The position numbers were made by a program, and so were the translations under genes. Shown here one piece after another: positions 37,401-50,100 of a stretch of 64,000 nt of DNA. The notes under the pieces were generated by a model. The model made no database searches and was not told the origin of the DNA. It saw only the letters and a program-made list of their open reading frames with translations. Source of the DNA: Lingula anatina (lineage: Eukaryota > Animalia > Brachiopoda); NCBI GenBank assembly GCA_051362555.1, contig CM120646.1:2418001-2482000 (forward strand), given 5' to 3'. How positions within the stretch are numbered: the stretch's first letter is position 1; each line of letters opens with the position of its first letter.

Positions 37401-40400
37401 TATCAACAAGGTATTAACCTAATAGCAAAAGCACAAAGTAATTTTTTGGGGAAATTGTGGACAGTTCAACAAATCTTTTTATCATTACTTATAACAGGTA
37501 TAAAGAATTTTTTCAGCAACTCATAGAAATCATTATGAAAGCGTGAGCCCAGCATGCAAATAGGGGGAGCACAAAACAAGACAAGCCTGGGCTTCAAATA
37601 GCACATGTCAGTTTTCAAACATTACTGCAAAATTAAAGCAATCATACCATTCACATTAATGCAATCAAACAGGTAATTCAAATACAGAACTGAACCACAT
37701 CTTTGATTGGAACTGACGACATCTCATTTCAATAAAGGCAATCAAACAAATCAGTATCCTTCTTAAATTCTTGGCAGAAGGATGAAATACATGTAATCTT
37801 CTTGAGAACATTGTGATGAGAAAATTCATGGTGTAGGTGTCTAGAATAATATCCCAAGCTTCAATCCACATTTTTTAATTTCCTGCACAGCAGAGTCAGA
37901 GGAGTAGATCCAATCCTTATCATCATACAGAGAGCAAAGTATCCTTAACAATAACAGCTCAATGGGGAAGATAAACTTGCTTGCCACTAGGTGTCACTTC
38001 TGTCTGCCCATTGCTATCACTATAGTTTTTTTTATTACCTAGATCTCACTCACTGAGAATTATCCTAACACGTAGGGGTATATGAACTTCAACTTAGTCA
38101 GCCTTCCATTGATTATATGTTTAGTTTGTTGGCAAAATAACTATCCTCATATCAAACATTATACTTTTGGGCACCTGATTATTACTTTTAATAAATTTCT
38201 GATACACCTTTCTTTCCTTTTTATCTTTTACTTTTCAATGATTTATCATTTTCAGACACTCATGGAAATTTACTTTTTTGACAGAAAATTCACTCTTCAA
38301 AACTTTTAAAGCAACAATTTAAAGTATCACAAACAAAATTGTAAGTGGAAAGCTACTAATGCATACTAGTCAATTATAAAATAAAAATTGTAACCCATAC
38401 TTAGCTTCAGGCAAGTGAAGAAAACGACTTCACAAAAATTTGTTTTTTTTAGCACAAACTACAAGAAAGGTACTTAAGTAGAGTGTTGATCTTTAAGTAA
38501 TAACAAAAATTACTGAGATCCCCAAAGAACATTTAGTAATTTCACTTCCTTTCTTTTTGGCAGTTTCCTACCTTTTTATCCCCTCCTGCTGCTTTATGTT
38601 TTATGTTGTCTTTCGATCCACACTTGCTCTGAACATTGCTGACATCTATCTTCTGACTGGTCACCTTGACCTAAATAAACAACAACATAACCATGTAACA
38701 TGTGGTTGGTCAATTTATCTATAGAACACCACCACCACCACTATGCAATGCAATATTTTTAGCATAATAATTATAATAATTTTTTGCAACTTTGAAGCAA
38801 AATCTTTAAATCAATGTCCCATTTCTGCCATGAGTTCCTGCGGCCAGACACACTCCGTTGTTTATCAGGCCACCTCTTCAAGACACCAATCTATTCACTC
38901 AGGTGGTCTGCTGCTGGGCTGGTGCTCATCTGACCACAACAATCTTTACTTGTGTCAACTGTTACCTGTCCTCCTCCAGGGGTGTGCTTGGCATTGTCCA
39001 TGGAACCAATCTTTGACTTGACATTCTTCAGTGCGGGACTGACACCACTTCCTGGCCTTGCACTTGTCGGTCTTGCACTTGCTAAAATTTTAACATGACT
39101 GTCATTCACATACTAAGATATTTACATTGCCTTTAAGACAAAGAAAAAGTAATAATGCTGATATACCTGCTTATCATACTAAAAATAAACATTAAACTTT
39201 TACAATATCTACATAATGTACATGTGATAATGTCAAGAGGGGAGGATTAGACCAAACAAGCCCTCAAGGTTTAGGCTAACCTTGGTCTCTTGACACACAG
39301 AGAAGTCTGTAAGAAAGATCTAAAAAAATCTAATGTACAATTTTTCCAACCATTACACAAGGCTCCTACCAGTTCTGGGAGAGATCTCAGCCCCTTCCTT
39401 TCTGGGCGAGGGTGTCTTTCTCGGTGACGTAGAGCTAGGAGTTCGTGGTGAAGTATTCAGACGTGCCGACGTGGGTCTTGCTGGTTTGGTGGCAGGGGTA
39501 GTAGCTGTCTTGGCCGTTTCTGGCCGTGATGTCTTAGTTGCAGCCGGGGTTGTCTTGGGTGCAGCTGGTCTTGGAGATTTTGTAGCCGTTTTGGGACGTT
39601 CAGGGGTGGCGCCACCTGGTGTTGAGGTTTTCTTTGCCTCCAGTCGACTGGCAGTAGCTGAAGGTGCACCTCTTGCTGGGGTTGTCTGTCAAAACAGGTA
39701 CAACTTTTACCACAATATCAGAAATTTAAAAAAAATCATAGCGAATTTGATGCAATTTATTCCTTATTCTGGACTATTTCCATTACTCAGAACATATATT
39801 TATTTTTACAGGTTAGAATTGAAACTGTTTTTTTAATTGGTCTGTATCATCTATCTTAAATCTATCAAAAACCTCAACAAAATCATGACAGAGTTTGAAA
39901 ATGACTATATGACCATATCACCTCTCTAGGGGCTTACCTTCTTAGCTCCAGACTTGTCATCTTCTACCCCACTGTCTGAAGACGTCCCATCTGTAATGTT
40001 TTGTTTCAATAGTTAAAAAACTGATAACGCCCACTGCTAGACAATATCCAAAAAAGGTCCCCTGTGAATCATGAATGGCATTCAAATAAAGATGTAAACC
40101 AACTAATTTAATAATCTTAATACCCAAAGCACTCAAGTATTTCCTTCCTCACTCAGATTCAAAACAAACATGACTGAATGTTTTCAATACTTTTTTGCTA
40201 GACCACAAATTATCAAACATAGAAATCCTACAGCCACCAGAAATTCTACCTAATTAAAATGTTTGAACTTTAGTTGAACTGAAAACATTCAGTCTACATT
40301 TGAGATGGCAAAACCCAACATAACTTTCACTTCTGTTGGAACCTACCATGGTCTGGACTCATTGTTAGCCAGTGTATGAACTGATAGAGAACAAAACCAA

Positions 40401-43400
40401 AGAACTGACCACAGGCTTTGACCTTTAAATGGCACCAGCTCTCCACAAGACTTTATCAGAAGACCTGTGTGGGTAAATCTAGTGCATTTCTCTTCCTTAA
40501 GATATCTTTGTGAAATAACGAGAAAAAGGATATTATCTGAAGAAGACTGAACTGAAATTATGAGCTTTGGTGCCCATTGCATTCATTTGTAAACTCAGCT
40601 ATATTAGCCGATCTATCTAGCTTTCAAAGATAACAAATATATCCTCTCCACCCCTAAAAAAAGCCTATCTTGTCTTTAGCCTGTGGCCATTTCTAATCAT
40701 ACCAGCATGCTTTCATTTAAGGTTAAATGATACCAATTATGTTTTTTTTTTCACAAACTCTTTCTTAGGCTTTTTTCATCAACATTCAATTCATAATTGG
40801 CAAGGGGGGGGGGGCTTCTAAAATAATAAAAATACAGACATGCCCTTGAAGTTAGCACCAATCAATAGCAGTCCTAAACCATACCAGTTCCAGTTTAAAT
40901 GGCATGCACATTACTAATGTGGTACACGTTGCAGAGAATTGACATTTCTAAGCATTACAAGAAACAAACAATCAAATAAATAAATCATCATAAAACCTAA
41001 AAACAGTGCTATTTAAGTGGAACAATGTACCAAATGACAGTATGAAATGACATATCACTTTTCTAATCTACAATTCACTGTACAACATGCAGTAGCTGAG
41101 TATTTTGTTAAAAACAAACAACCATGTGACGGACACATAACATTTACATGGACACAACATTATGACAATAAACAAGCAACATAAACATGCATGGAACATA
41201 ATATAACTTCCGTATGGCGAAAGCTGCCACTCTCAGAGGAGCTAGGCAAAGGAACTGTGAGAAATTAACAATTGTTGCCTAAGGATAAATAAAAACATGC
41301 ATTAATAAACAAGATATTGTGGGTTTTACACCAGTGTAAATAGAATCTGAAAAGTGCAATTTTTCTGTTTCCAATCTTGCTATTGGTGTGTTGAAAGTAA
41401 TTTTTTCATGACGATTTGAACTTGTGTGTTTGTTTTAGACTCATTAAGTCCAACATGACTAAATATTCATTTTATTTGCCAGTAAATTTCTTTTCGAACA
41501 TGTAATTTACTTTACTTGTTGTTCATAAAATCTAATAAATCACATGAAATTTTACAAAGATTCATTCAAAATAATTACTTGCTTTACAAAACCCCAAGTC
41601 TTGGAAAGCAAAATTAACTTGAGCAAAAAACAAAGCATTGCAGAAAGATTATACTTTATGCATGAATTTCAGTGCTGCAACAAAATGAAGCAGTCAGCAA
41701 AAGCCAGAAGTATTTCAGCCACTTAGCAATTGGCAGTCAGAAATATTGCAAAAGCCAGACTATTGTTAACATGAATGGTGACAAGCACTGCTACCCGTAA
41801 TATGAACTCTCAAGCTGTAAGCACCCTGAATAGTAGGGTGAGTAGGAAACAGTTTTACAATAATAGATGCCTTCACTGATACCTCTAGAACACTTGGTAC
41901 ATTGTAACATGTTAAGCTAATGGCCGGAATAAATCTAGATGTATCAGCTATCCATTTTCAAAAGACATGGTGCAGAACTGTAGAGTTTTTACACAATGAA
42001 CAGAAAACGCCACCATTCATGGGCAAAATGCATCATTCACTAATACATTACAACACTGGGACAATGCAGGATCAACACTGATGCAACAGCAGGATAATGC
42101 AGGATCAAGACTTGTATAAAATTGAGAGACAATATGACAGATGCAAAAATCAAAGCACATTTGGCACCTTTTTTCTTTCTCAGTGGCACCTTGGCACCAG
42201 GTGCAGCAGGCCTATCTCTCCCTGGGGCACGGGGGGTGGGGGCTTTCCTGGGGGCGGCAGATTTGGTGGGTGGGGCAGATGCAGGGGGTGGCTTAGAAGT
42301 TTTAGATGTAGGGGGAACTTTCTGTATTGGCTTAGTTGTGGTGGGTGGGACCTTCTGTATTGGCTTGGTACTGCTCTTTGTTGGCTTTGGTTTTTGTTTT
42401 GGTGCTTCATCTGTAGTGACAGTTTTGGGCACCGGGGGCTTAATGACCTGGTCATTGCTAAAGCTCTCCTCCATAGTGGAGGGGGCCTCGCTCCCCCACT
42501 GGACAGCCGTACTGTACTGGTCATCCATGTCAGGTTTGGCCTCATCGGAGGCTGGACTTTGGTCCAACTGACCAGTAGACTTTTTACTATCACAGACAAC
42601 AGCTTCAGCCTCTGGATCCTTCACCTCTGTGGGCTCAGGTTCTGGGGGCACCATTTCCTCAGGGGTAGACTCTTGGGGACCTGTTTCTGGTACTTCAGAT
42701 TCTGGGAGTTCAGATTCTGAAGGGTAAGATTCAGGGGCCTCCGGCTCAAGAGGAGAAGCCATTTCTTTTTCTTCTAATTGAGCAGACTTTTCTCTATGTT
42801 CGCCAGAAATATGACTCAAGCTCTCATTACCAGGCATTTGATCAGACTGAACCAGCTTCTCAAGCTGCACAAATTCCTGGGATTCGCTCTCGGGAAGATT
42901 TGGACTCTGGGGGGTGGGAGATACCACATCCTCATCTGGAGTCACAACATCTTCCTCTTCATGAAGATCATGATCACCTTCGTGTTCACGGTCATCATGA
43001 AATTGTTCTGGGGCAAGGGGTTCTTGGGTGGGAGAATATTCATCCTCTCCCCTCTCTGGAACCACTGGGGGCTGGGGAGTTGGAGAAGGGGGACCCTCAG
43101 GAATTAGGTCAACTTCTTGACTTTCATGGGATTCAACATCAACATCGGCAGGGGCACCTGTAGATTCCTGTTCAGGGCTGACTGGTTGGGTGGGTAAATC
43201 ATGTTCAGGGCCATACTGTTCACCATTATCAAAGCCAACCTGCTCCTCTGCCCTACCAGCACATGGCTGTCTACTTAACTCCTCCTCCTCCTCCTCACCA
43301 TAAACTCCCTCAGCTTCCAAATCTAAATTAGAGGCTTGTTTTTCAGATTCCTCATTTTCATACTTCATCTCAGTGTCAAAGTCGGGCTCACGATGAGCAT

Positions 43401-46270
43401 GCTTTTCAAATTCTGTCAGATCGGGTTGAGCAGGACAGTATGCCTCTTGGGCAACATCAGGTTGGGTTGGAGAGTACACTTCCTGTCGAGAGCCTACAAC
43501 TTCCTGTGAGCTGCTCTCATTGAGATCTAACTGCTCTTCATACTGATCCACATCAGAGGCCTTATCATCAGGGGCAGGGGATGCTTGAGGAATGGACAAA
43601 TCACCCAATAAATCAGGTTTGGGAGCATGTTCCTCGGTGGGCGTCAAAGATTCCTCAGCCTCTGGAGTTAGAGGGGGGCTATTTCTGTTGTACAGGCCCT
43701 CCTCTCCCTCCGTCTCTGGCCTGCTGTCTTCCACAGCTGGGTCATAGGGGTTAAGGAATGGATTGTTGTTTTCTCTGACCAGACTGGCACCAGAGCATGG
43801 TGGCTGATCAGGGGAGGGGGACACATTCTCATTAGCCCAGTGCTCTGTGACAAAGGGAGATGAGGTGTCTGCGTGACGCTCCTCCTCTGAGGGAAGAGCG
43901 TCCCCAACAAAGCTCCCAGTCATAAGATCAGTGCCAGATTCCATGGGGCTTTCTGCACCGTCTGGTTGGGACGCAGAGTCTTCCTGGCCAGAAGGGGTGT
44001 CACTAGGAAGGAAGTCATTCTCATACTGTTCAGGGGCTCCGTCAGGTGACCCCTGGGAATCCCCCGGGGTTGGGCTACCCTCTTCCTGGTCAATTCTGTC
44101 ATTCAAGAAAGGGTTATTATTTTGGAGATGCTCAGGAGAACTTACTGCAGGGGGAGATATGGGGATCCCAGGCTCTGCTTGAAGGGGGACCAGGGGTTCT
44201 TGGCCAAAACCAAATTGATTCAAGGGATTCATCACAATGGCATGGTCCTCACTCGGCCTAGATGCTGTGCCTGGGTCAAAGGTCAAAAGGTCATCAATGT
44301 TGTGACCTTGGGTTGTGGGTCTATCAACAAAAGAGTCATATTGGGGGGATTTTGAGACATGGAGGTCAGATGGGGCGCCCCCTACGGGAGAGACCTGCTC
44401 ATCATTTCCATGGACACCATTCACTCCATTAAAACCCGTGTTTTCTGGAAAGAATACAAATTGACAGCAGATTAGTAAACTTGAAAGATTTCGAAAGTTT
44501 TCGGACATAGTATCTGCACATATTTGTGAAAATTTCATTTGGTTATGGTAGAAAAATGTACAGTAAAAAGTATAACTCGTTTCAATCTCTCCAAAAGGTC
44601 CATTTATAAGCAATTATTATCTGGGCACCTATATGCCATACTGTTCTGTCAAAACAAGCTTTAGCCTCATATCACACAGCAACGTATGTGCACGGGATCA
44701 TTTGGCGAAACCCTTTCAGAGCATTTTGAAATATCACCATCTTCAGGGACTATAAATCATGTTTTCCAAATTCTCTTTGTTTCGAGAAGATTCAGCAGCA
44801 TAACGTTCAAAGAACTATTATCATTTTAAGTGAATGGAATTCTTCTCCATGGTAGTGATGTAACATAGGGAAAGTCCATTAATTCAACAGTCTTCAATTC
44901 AGTCTCTAGCTGTAAGGGCAATCGATATATCATAAATGATCTGAATAAAAATACCAAATGGCCCATACCATCAGTATACTGCATATACCATTCACAGAAA
45001 ACCACTGCCTATGTAAATACTCCATGATAAATAATTCCTCATGACATATTTTTCTTTCTTTCCTAAAATAACACATGAATTTTTTTGGGGTCTTAAATAT
45101 CAAAGCATTTGGCAAGCAATCAATGCCCCAGCCATGCCACCTGTAATGATTTAGACAAACAGTTCGATAAAATGTATCAGACGGATGTGGAAGAGTAAAT
45201 TCTCACCCTCAATTACGTCAGCAGACAACATAATGAATTCAGAAATGTCTTAAATGTCCGTAATTCTATCTTTCCCACAAACAGGTCCCACTGTGGCAAG
45301 ACATTTATAAGAAAAACCCTGATGTAATAGTCTTCACATCTGGTGATGTATTCTGGATTTCAAATTGTTAATGTTTACAGTCAGAATACAAGTGTCTCCA
45401 GAATGTAAGTCCACCAGTTTTAAAGGTCTATTTTGGATTCTGTTTATCTTAAATTAGTCTGATGTTCTCTTATGTAAGCCGCCATGAGAAAAATCGAAAC
45501 CTGAAACACTTCTGCCAGAATGTTGTTGGTGTATTGGAATGTCCAATAATTACAATGAATTTGCCCACTTTTCCAGGAAAAATCAATTAAGTTGTCTGAT
45601 GTTTGCTGGGATAGAACAAATTCTTGAATGGGTCCGAAAAGTATTGCATAACGGTCTAGTCTCTCCTATCACTCAAGAATTATCAACAAGCCTTTTTACT
45701 ACTCAATATCTTCATCTATAATGATAAAATTAAAAGTATATCATTTGGGAATATTTTGTGCTAGCAAGTCAAGTTGAAGCACAGGTCACACTTTCAGTTG
45801 AAATTGAAATTTTTTTTATCCGAAATGTTTCCAGGACATGAGATATCTTTATTTCATGCAAATACTGATGTTTACTGACCAATCTGTTCTGAAAGATATA
45901 TATCTATTATATATACAACTGTATTTATCCATCTGAAACCAAAAGATGCATATTAAGAAAAGCAGATATATTTCATGTTCTTTAAAAAATAAAAAAGGTC
46001 CAATTATCACCTTTATTGAGCCTCATTTTTTTCACCAGCAACAGGACATTTTATTCTAAAATATGTATTGACCATGTGGTTTGTAGCTGTGTAAGTTATA
46101 TATAACCAGAGATAAACTTATGATCTTAACATTGCTGTCATCATTGCCAATATGAATCAACATACGTTTCAAAGAAAATTAAAATAAGGACACTGCTTCT
46201 TCACCATACCTTGAAGATTATTCTGCTGAACTGCTTCTGCTGGCGCATCATCTACTGCAGTGTCCGCCAT
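21689..46270 (-). CDS. MAP2/tau/MAP4-family microtubule-associated protein, about 1369 aa, 13 repeats plus R'
   Basis: Phase-compatible GT-AG exons: 46270-46210 (MADTAV.., aaaATGG), 44444-42168 (acidic projection domain), 39990-39938, 39685-39370 (Pro/Thr/basic), 39081-38966 (R1 [21 protein letters not shown]), 38670-38572 (R2 [15 protein letters not shown]), 37293-37204, 36882-36793, 36005-35916, 34259-33600 (7 repeats), 32261-32166, 31633-31499 (R' [15 protein letters not shown]), 21715-21689 (SPGEETAV*, least certain). Confidence 0.88.
22942..23160 (-). mobile_element. MITE family X, copy 3 (inverted)
   Basis: Reverse complement of copies 1, 2, 4 and 5; ends somewhat decayed. Confidence 0.82.
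23401..25323 (-). CDS. Intronless tau-repeat-only protein, 640 aa, 16 tubulin-binding repeats, nested in the MAP gene's last intron
   Basis: Uninterrupted 1923-nt ORF with 16 K[IV]GSL[DE]N..H.PGGG-type repeats at about 30-aa period, plus degenerate ones. In-frame TGA at 25342-25344 upstream of the ATG; candidate acceptor at 25428/25427. Confidence 0.85.
   Translation of the reverse strand: MFWKYSVYAKDNPELVRRENMSQKTAKNENHSTNGSGDDTSSLSGYRYMVYRTPLRWEAEAKVRSLDNINHKAGGGNVSIIHHNTKWNKTAKVGSLDNYHHQPGGGNVAIETNSTDWKSNAKVGSLEKLNHKPGGGNFKIKSEKPSWQSGSKVGSLDNYHHEPGGGNVQIEERTLRWRNEAKVGSLDNVDHVPGGGQVKIQSRKLKWQTESKIGSLDNISHSPRGGDIKIEDKKLNWTSKSKIGSLENVDHTPRGGDKKIESKKLKWNAGSKIGSLDNASHSPGGGNVRIEVRSLYSGRAKSKVGSLENASHIPGGGNIKVETKKIKWSQESKVGSLDNLHHIPAGGMTKIQDRRLFWRGKSKIGSLDNISHSPGGGNAKIENQKLEWNTQAKIGSLDNVSHIPGGGTFVISDSIPKWRIVSKVGSLDNVGHIPGGGDKKIENRKLQWKKESKIGSLDKISHVPGGGNVQIQDHSLNWRYKSKIGSLDNASHVPGGGKKKIPRKKVKWTAKSKIASLENVSYVPGGGNVSRVLNTNKLYWDGVPRTESPPNTRLKFPPIESPSQSKHKHNGKTTSSLEKVYIQSNRGNGKLPQLKLNWKATSKVTNKKGGDKEGNQNVNFQSKAEVSSFQALGDLYQMAY
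28467..28700 (-). promoter_or_regulatory. Candidate internal promoter / first non-coding exon for the nested tau-repeat ORF
   Basis: X-box-like GTTGCTATGGTGAT (28698-28685), MYB-like TAACGG (28599-28604) and CAACTG, donor ttg|gtaagc at 28467/28466. Confidence 0.35.
29394..29485. repeat. About 46-bp direct tandem duplication
   Basis: atccaatatctcttttctacatctcctatccctccttctcactta occurs twice back to back. Confidence 0.9.
31410..31485. repeat. (TAAA)n microsatellite next to the R' exon donor
   Basis: Direct reading of the sequence. Confidence 0.95.
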
Positions 46271-46953
46271 TTTGAATCCGGCTTCTCTGCAAATGAAGTG
46301 ACAACGGCTTTCTCACTGTAATCTGCTTTGCTCTGAAGGATAATTACTTCTGTGAAAAAATCTGTTTCTAGTCTTTTCAGGGCCTCATAACAACCACCCT
46401 GGGTAGTTTTCTGAAATAAAGAAGTATGTTTATAAGCATAAAAATACACTTCCATGTCACATCTACAAATCCAGCTATAAAAGATATTTGTATTAAATGG
46501 AGAAAATCTGACTATATATTTTTTACCACACTCCATGGTGAAGTGAAGGTAAATTCAAGGCTTCAATTTTGTGTGGAAAGTTAAAAGTTTAAACTTCAGC
46601 ATCAATAAATTACACAGATAAACTACCATCAGAAGAAACAATGCTAATATGAATGGCAGGCAACCAGAAAAAAAATCTGTACTAGTATGGCAATTTCTCT
46701 TTTAAACGTGAGGAAATTGTGAGTTTTACAGAAACTGTATTTTTTACTTCATATAAATTTCTTAAAATTAAAACATTCTTGAGAAGTAGCAACAAAATTA
46801 AAAACAGGCTTCTCTACAGTTCTATTCTATGCAGTAAGAGTACCATAAATGCTATGCCGAAATACACTTTTCATGATTATAAAATCATGTAATTTTTGCA
46901 CATTAACAGACCTCACTGTTACAGGTGACAGTGAACAGTCAAATCCTACTTAC

Positions 46954-47123
46954 CTGTCCAATGTCAGTGGGTCTATATTTTTGCAGCCCAACTGGAGAGT
47001 TCCTCTGGTATCTAGTATACAGTATAGAGTAGAGGAAGTGGAATGTCAGGTATGGCAGCTCTACCTTTGCCTGGGCACCTCTGGCTGTGTGTGTCTCTTC
47101 AATTCAGAGCTCCTCTGATAGAC
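46954..47123 (-). other. Probable 5'UTR exon of the MAP gene
   Basis: Acceptor ttccattccag|g and consensus donor cag|gtaagt. The ATG exon (46410-46210) itself starts with an acceptor, so upstream exons are needed. Confidence 0.5.
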
Positions 47124-50100
47124 CTGGAATGGAACATAAGGCATTAATGTCACAGTTATTATGAACCATATTTGACAAATGACAACAAAGAAAAAAGTTT
47201 CTAAAGAGAGTAAACATTTATTTATTTTTTTTTTCTTCTAAGGCACAACAATTTGGCCCTTCATCAAAGGGTCTTGATCGCATGCTTGACATTAAGTGAG
47301 TACTGGACGTTGGGATATCTTTCATTGCATGGGGCAGGGTGGGATTGAGGGGGGGGGTTGAGGGGGGTGTTTCGGGGAGGGGATGGCGCAGGCACTGGTC
47401 ATGGATCAGGTATGGGACACAGACATTTAGTCTTTTTAGAAAAAATCATCACCAAATAAAAGACAATGAAAAGCCAACTAAGTCAACAATTATTGAACAG
47501 ATTTTCAACTCTGGCTTGATGATGTAGATACAAAACGGCAAACAAGCTATCAGCTGTATAAAATGTGACTTAATTCACTACCAGCATGCTATCATATGTA
47601 CTAGTACATCATGCACACTTCCATACTAGACTTTTGGTGGCATAGTTCCAATTTTCCCAAAATGCTAAAAATATCAAATCAAAACAATTCAAAAATTTAA
47701 AATTGAAAAAAAAAAAAATAAATAAATAAAAATATCTATCACTGTCTGTTCCAAATTTTTTTCATTTTTGCCTCATTTTTTGGCTATTTGGCTACAACAA
47801 ATATCTGCTTGTCAGAATGAAAGCAAACCTCTACTTGTGATCTACTTTCTTAATATAAAATGTTTCAGATATCTCACTATATTCACTGAATAAAACCTCA
47901 CCTTTCAGTATTGCTAGCCCTCTAACTCCCATGTCTGCTTCCAGTGCATAATCAATGTATTCAACAGTCATATATACAAAGCTTTAACATTTGGTTTAAT
48001 ATCACAGATATCACAGCTAGTAACTAATACTGAGTTCCAGAGAAAAAACGAGAGTGTTTTTTATAACAAAATGGCCACCAGCTTTGTCCTCAGTCCCTTA
48101 TTTTCCTCTCTCTCCTTTCTTACTCTGTATTGAGCCAATATATTATCAAGGAGGACAGGAGTATTGATCTGCAAGACAGAATCGATGGCGGCATAGTGAA
48201 GGCACATAAGTTATGATAATGTTACTGAAGGCATGATTTCAGCTGATATGTCATCTTTCTTTAATCCCTTCAAGGGATTTACCAAGACTTGGAAGAAAGC
48301 CTGCTAACAAATAAATGACTAAAACCACACTTTTTTACAGCGTTTCTGGGAAAGCTTGACAACCTGATATGACTGAATCTTTCTGTCTCTGATCATGAGG
48401 TCAATAAAAGCAATATTACAAAATAATAATAATAATAATAATGCCAAAATTCAAATGAAGCACTTTTCATAAAAATATGTCATTGATTAAAAGGGAGCAA
48501 CTCTGATTATTTTCTGAAATATGTTGAGGTAAACAACAAGACTTCCTTTTTATCCAAGACTTCAATCTTTCGTTTTTATCCAATACTTTTATCTATCCCT
48601 TTTATCCAAGACTTCTATCTCTCCAACTTATCTCTTGAGAGATTTGGAATACATCACTCCTAGAAGACTTAAACCCTTCTGCTGTTCATCGAAAGTCCAA
48701 TTATGTCTGCAGGCTACAAAAAGGAATTCCTAATCAATGGAAAATCAATCCTGCAATTGCTTTGTTTTTCATATTGTTCGCTTTCTTCATGTTCCATTAT
48801 GGGCTGCCACTGGATCGAATTCTAATTTTTAGGTCAGATACATATATACTGGAGCTCCACTGAGCCCTTCTTGCCCTGCCCCCCCCCCCCCCCCCCCCCC
48901 CAGGGCAGCGCAAGCCAGTTACTTATAGTAACTTATAGTAACTGGCTCACGCTGCCAGTAATTACGCCTTAGGTCACCAAAAATGAATACAATTTTGCCT
49001 TCATACAGACAGATAGAAATGTCAAAAGCCTTTGTGCAATGATACATACATATTTATATATGTGAAGAATAGTTCAGACAACCCCTAACTCACAGACAAA
49101 AATATCTTGGAGAAACTATATGTGCACTGTAATTTTGAGGACATGAATTATAAAACAATTTAAAACACACACAAACAGGAACTTTAAGGATACAATTTCA
49201 TAGATTGCCTAGTAAGGTCAAACCAACTCCCGCATGCATAATTGTATTGATATAAAATCAATCTGGATGCAGAAAATGTTCAATATTATTACCTTCATAT
49301 TAGCTGTACTTTTGACAAAATATATCAGACACAATTATTGGGGGTAATTGACCTAGATCATTGACCCTAGTCATTTACTCCCTGATGATGGTGACTGACA
49401 GTCACAGAAAAATTGGAGGTAATACCCACATATTTTTTAAGCTCTTGATAAAAAGAAAAACAATAATTTAAATTGATACATACAGAGCTAATGAAACTGT
49501 TCTCTCACAATTATTATACTTATTTTTTAAAAAGCACCCTAATAAACAATGAAACAGCCCCTGACTTAATTTGATTTTCAATTCCCGACTACCCACATAC
49601 CAGACAATGAAGTTGAGAAGCATGCAAAATGGCGTGCTTCATGCTTCATTTGTAGTCCATAAGTGATCTCTCGCAACTCCCTCTGGTAGAAAAATCAATA
49701 AGAATATTATTAATTCCACAGAACTGTCTGATACTCGCAATTCACCCGGGGCGTGTTATGCAATATTCACATTACCGTTACCTGACAAAAATATTGTGTT
49801 ACTACCAGGTATCGTGTAGTACACTGACAAGTTCGACTTGCGTTCTTGTTCTTGTTTCAATGCTACCCCCTACCCCCCCTCTCTTTCTCTCTCTTTTGCT
49901 ATCATCTCAATGTTATCTGCTTACTTTCATGAATAAGCAAAAGTTACTTTTCTCTGTTGGGGCTCATTCTCAATAATAATAAAAACAATGATTTCAAATA
50001 ATATCTCTTGTGTATCATTAATAAATCTAAATTAATTTTGAATAAATTCCAATAAAACCTTCTCAGGAGAGGTCATATTTATAAGGCAATGATCAATAGG

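Noticed and set aside
41160-41254. Possible small alternative exon ([14 protein letters not shown])
   Set aside because: A phase-1 acceptor exists, but there is no convincing compatible donor or homology.
39333-44355. Plus-strand ORFs (167, 207, 149 aa and others)
   Set aside because: Antisense shadows of Pro-rich coding exons.
42040-44613. 857-aa ORF as a stand-alone gene
   Set aside because: Its ends are intron read-through; the exon is 44444-42168 of the MAP gene. The hydrophobic tail after KKKG is probably intronic, though the donor AAG|gtgcca is weak.
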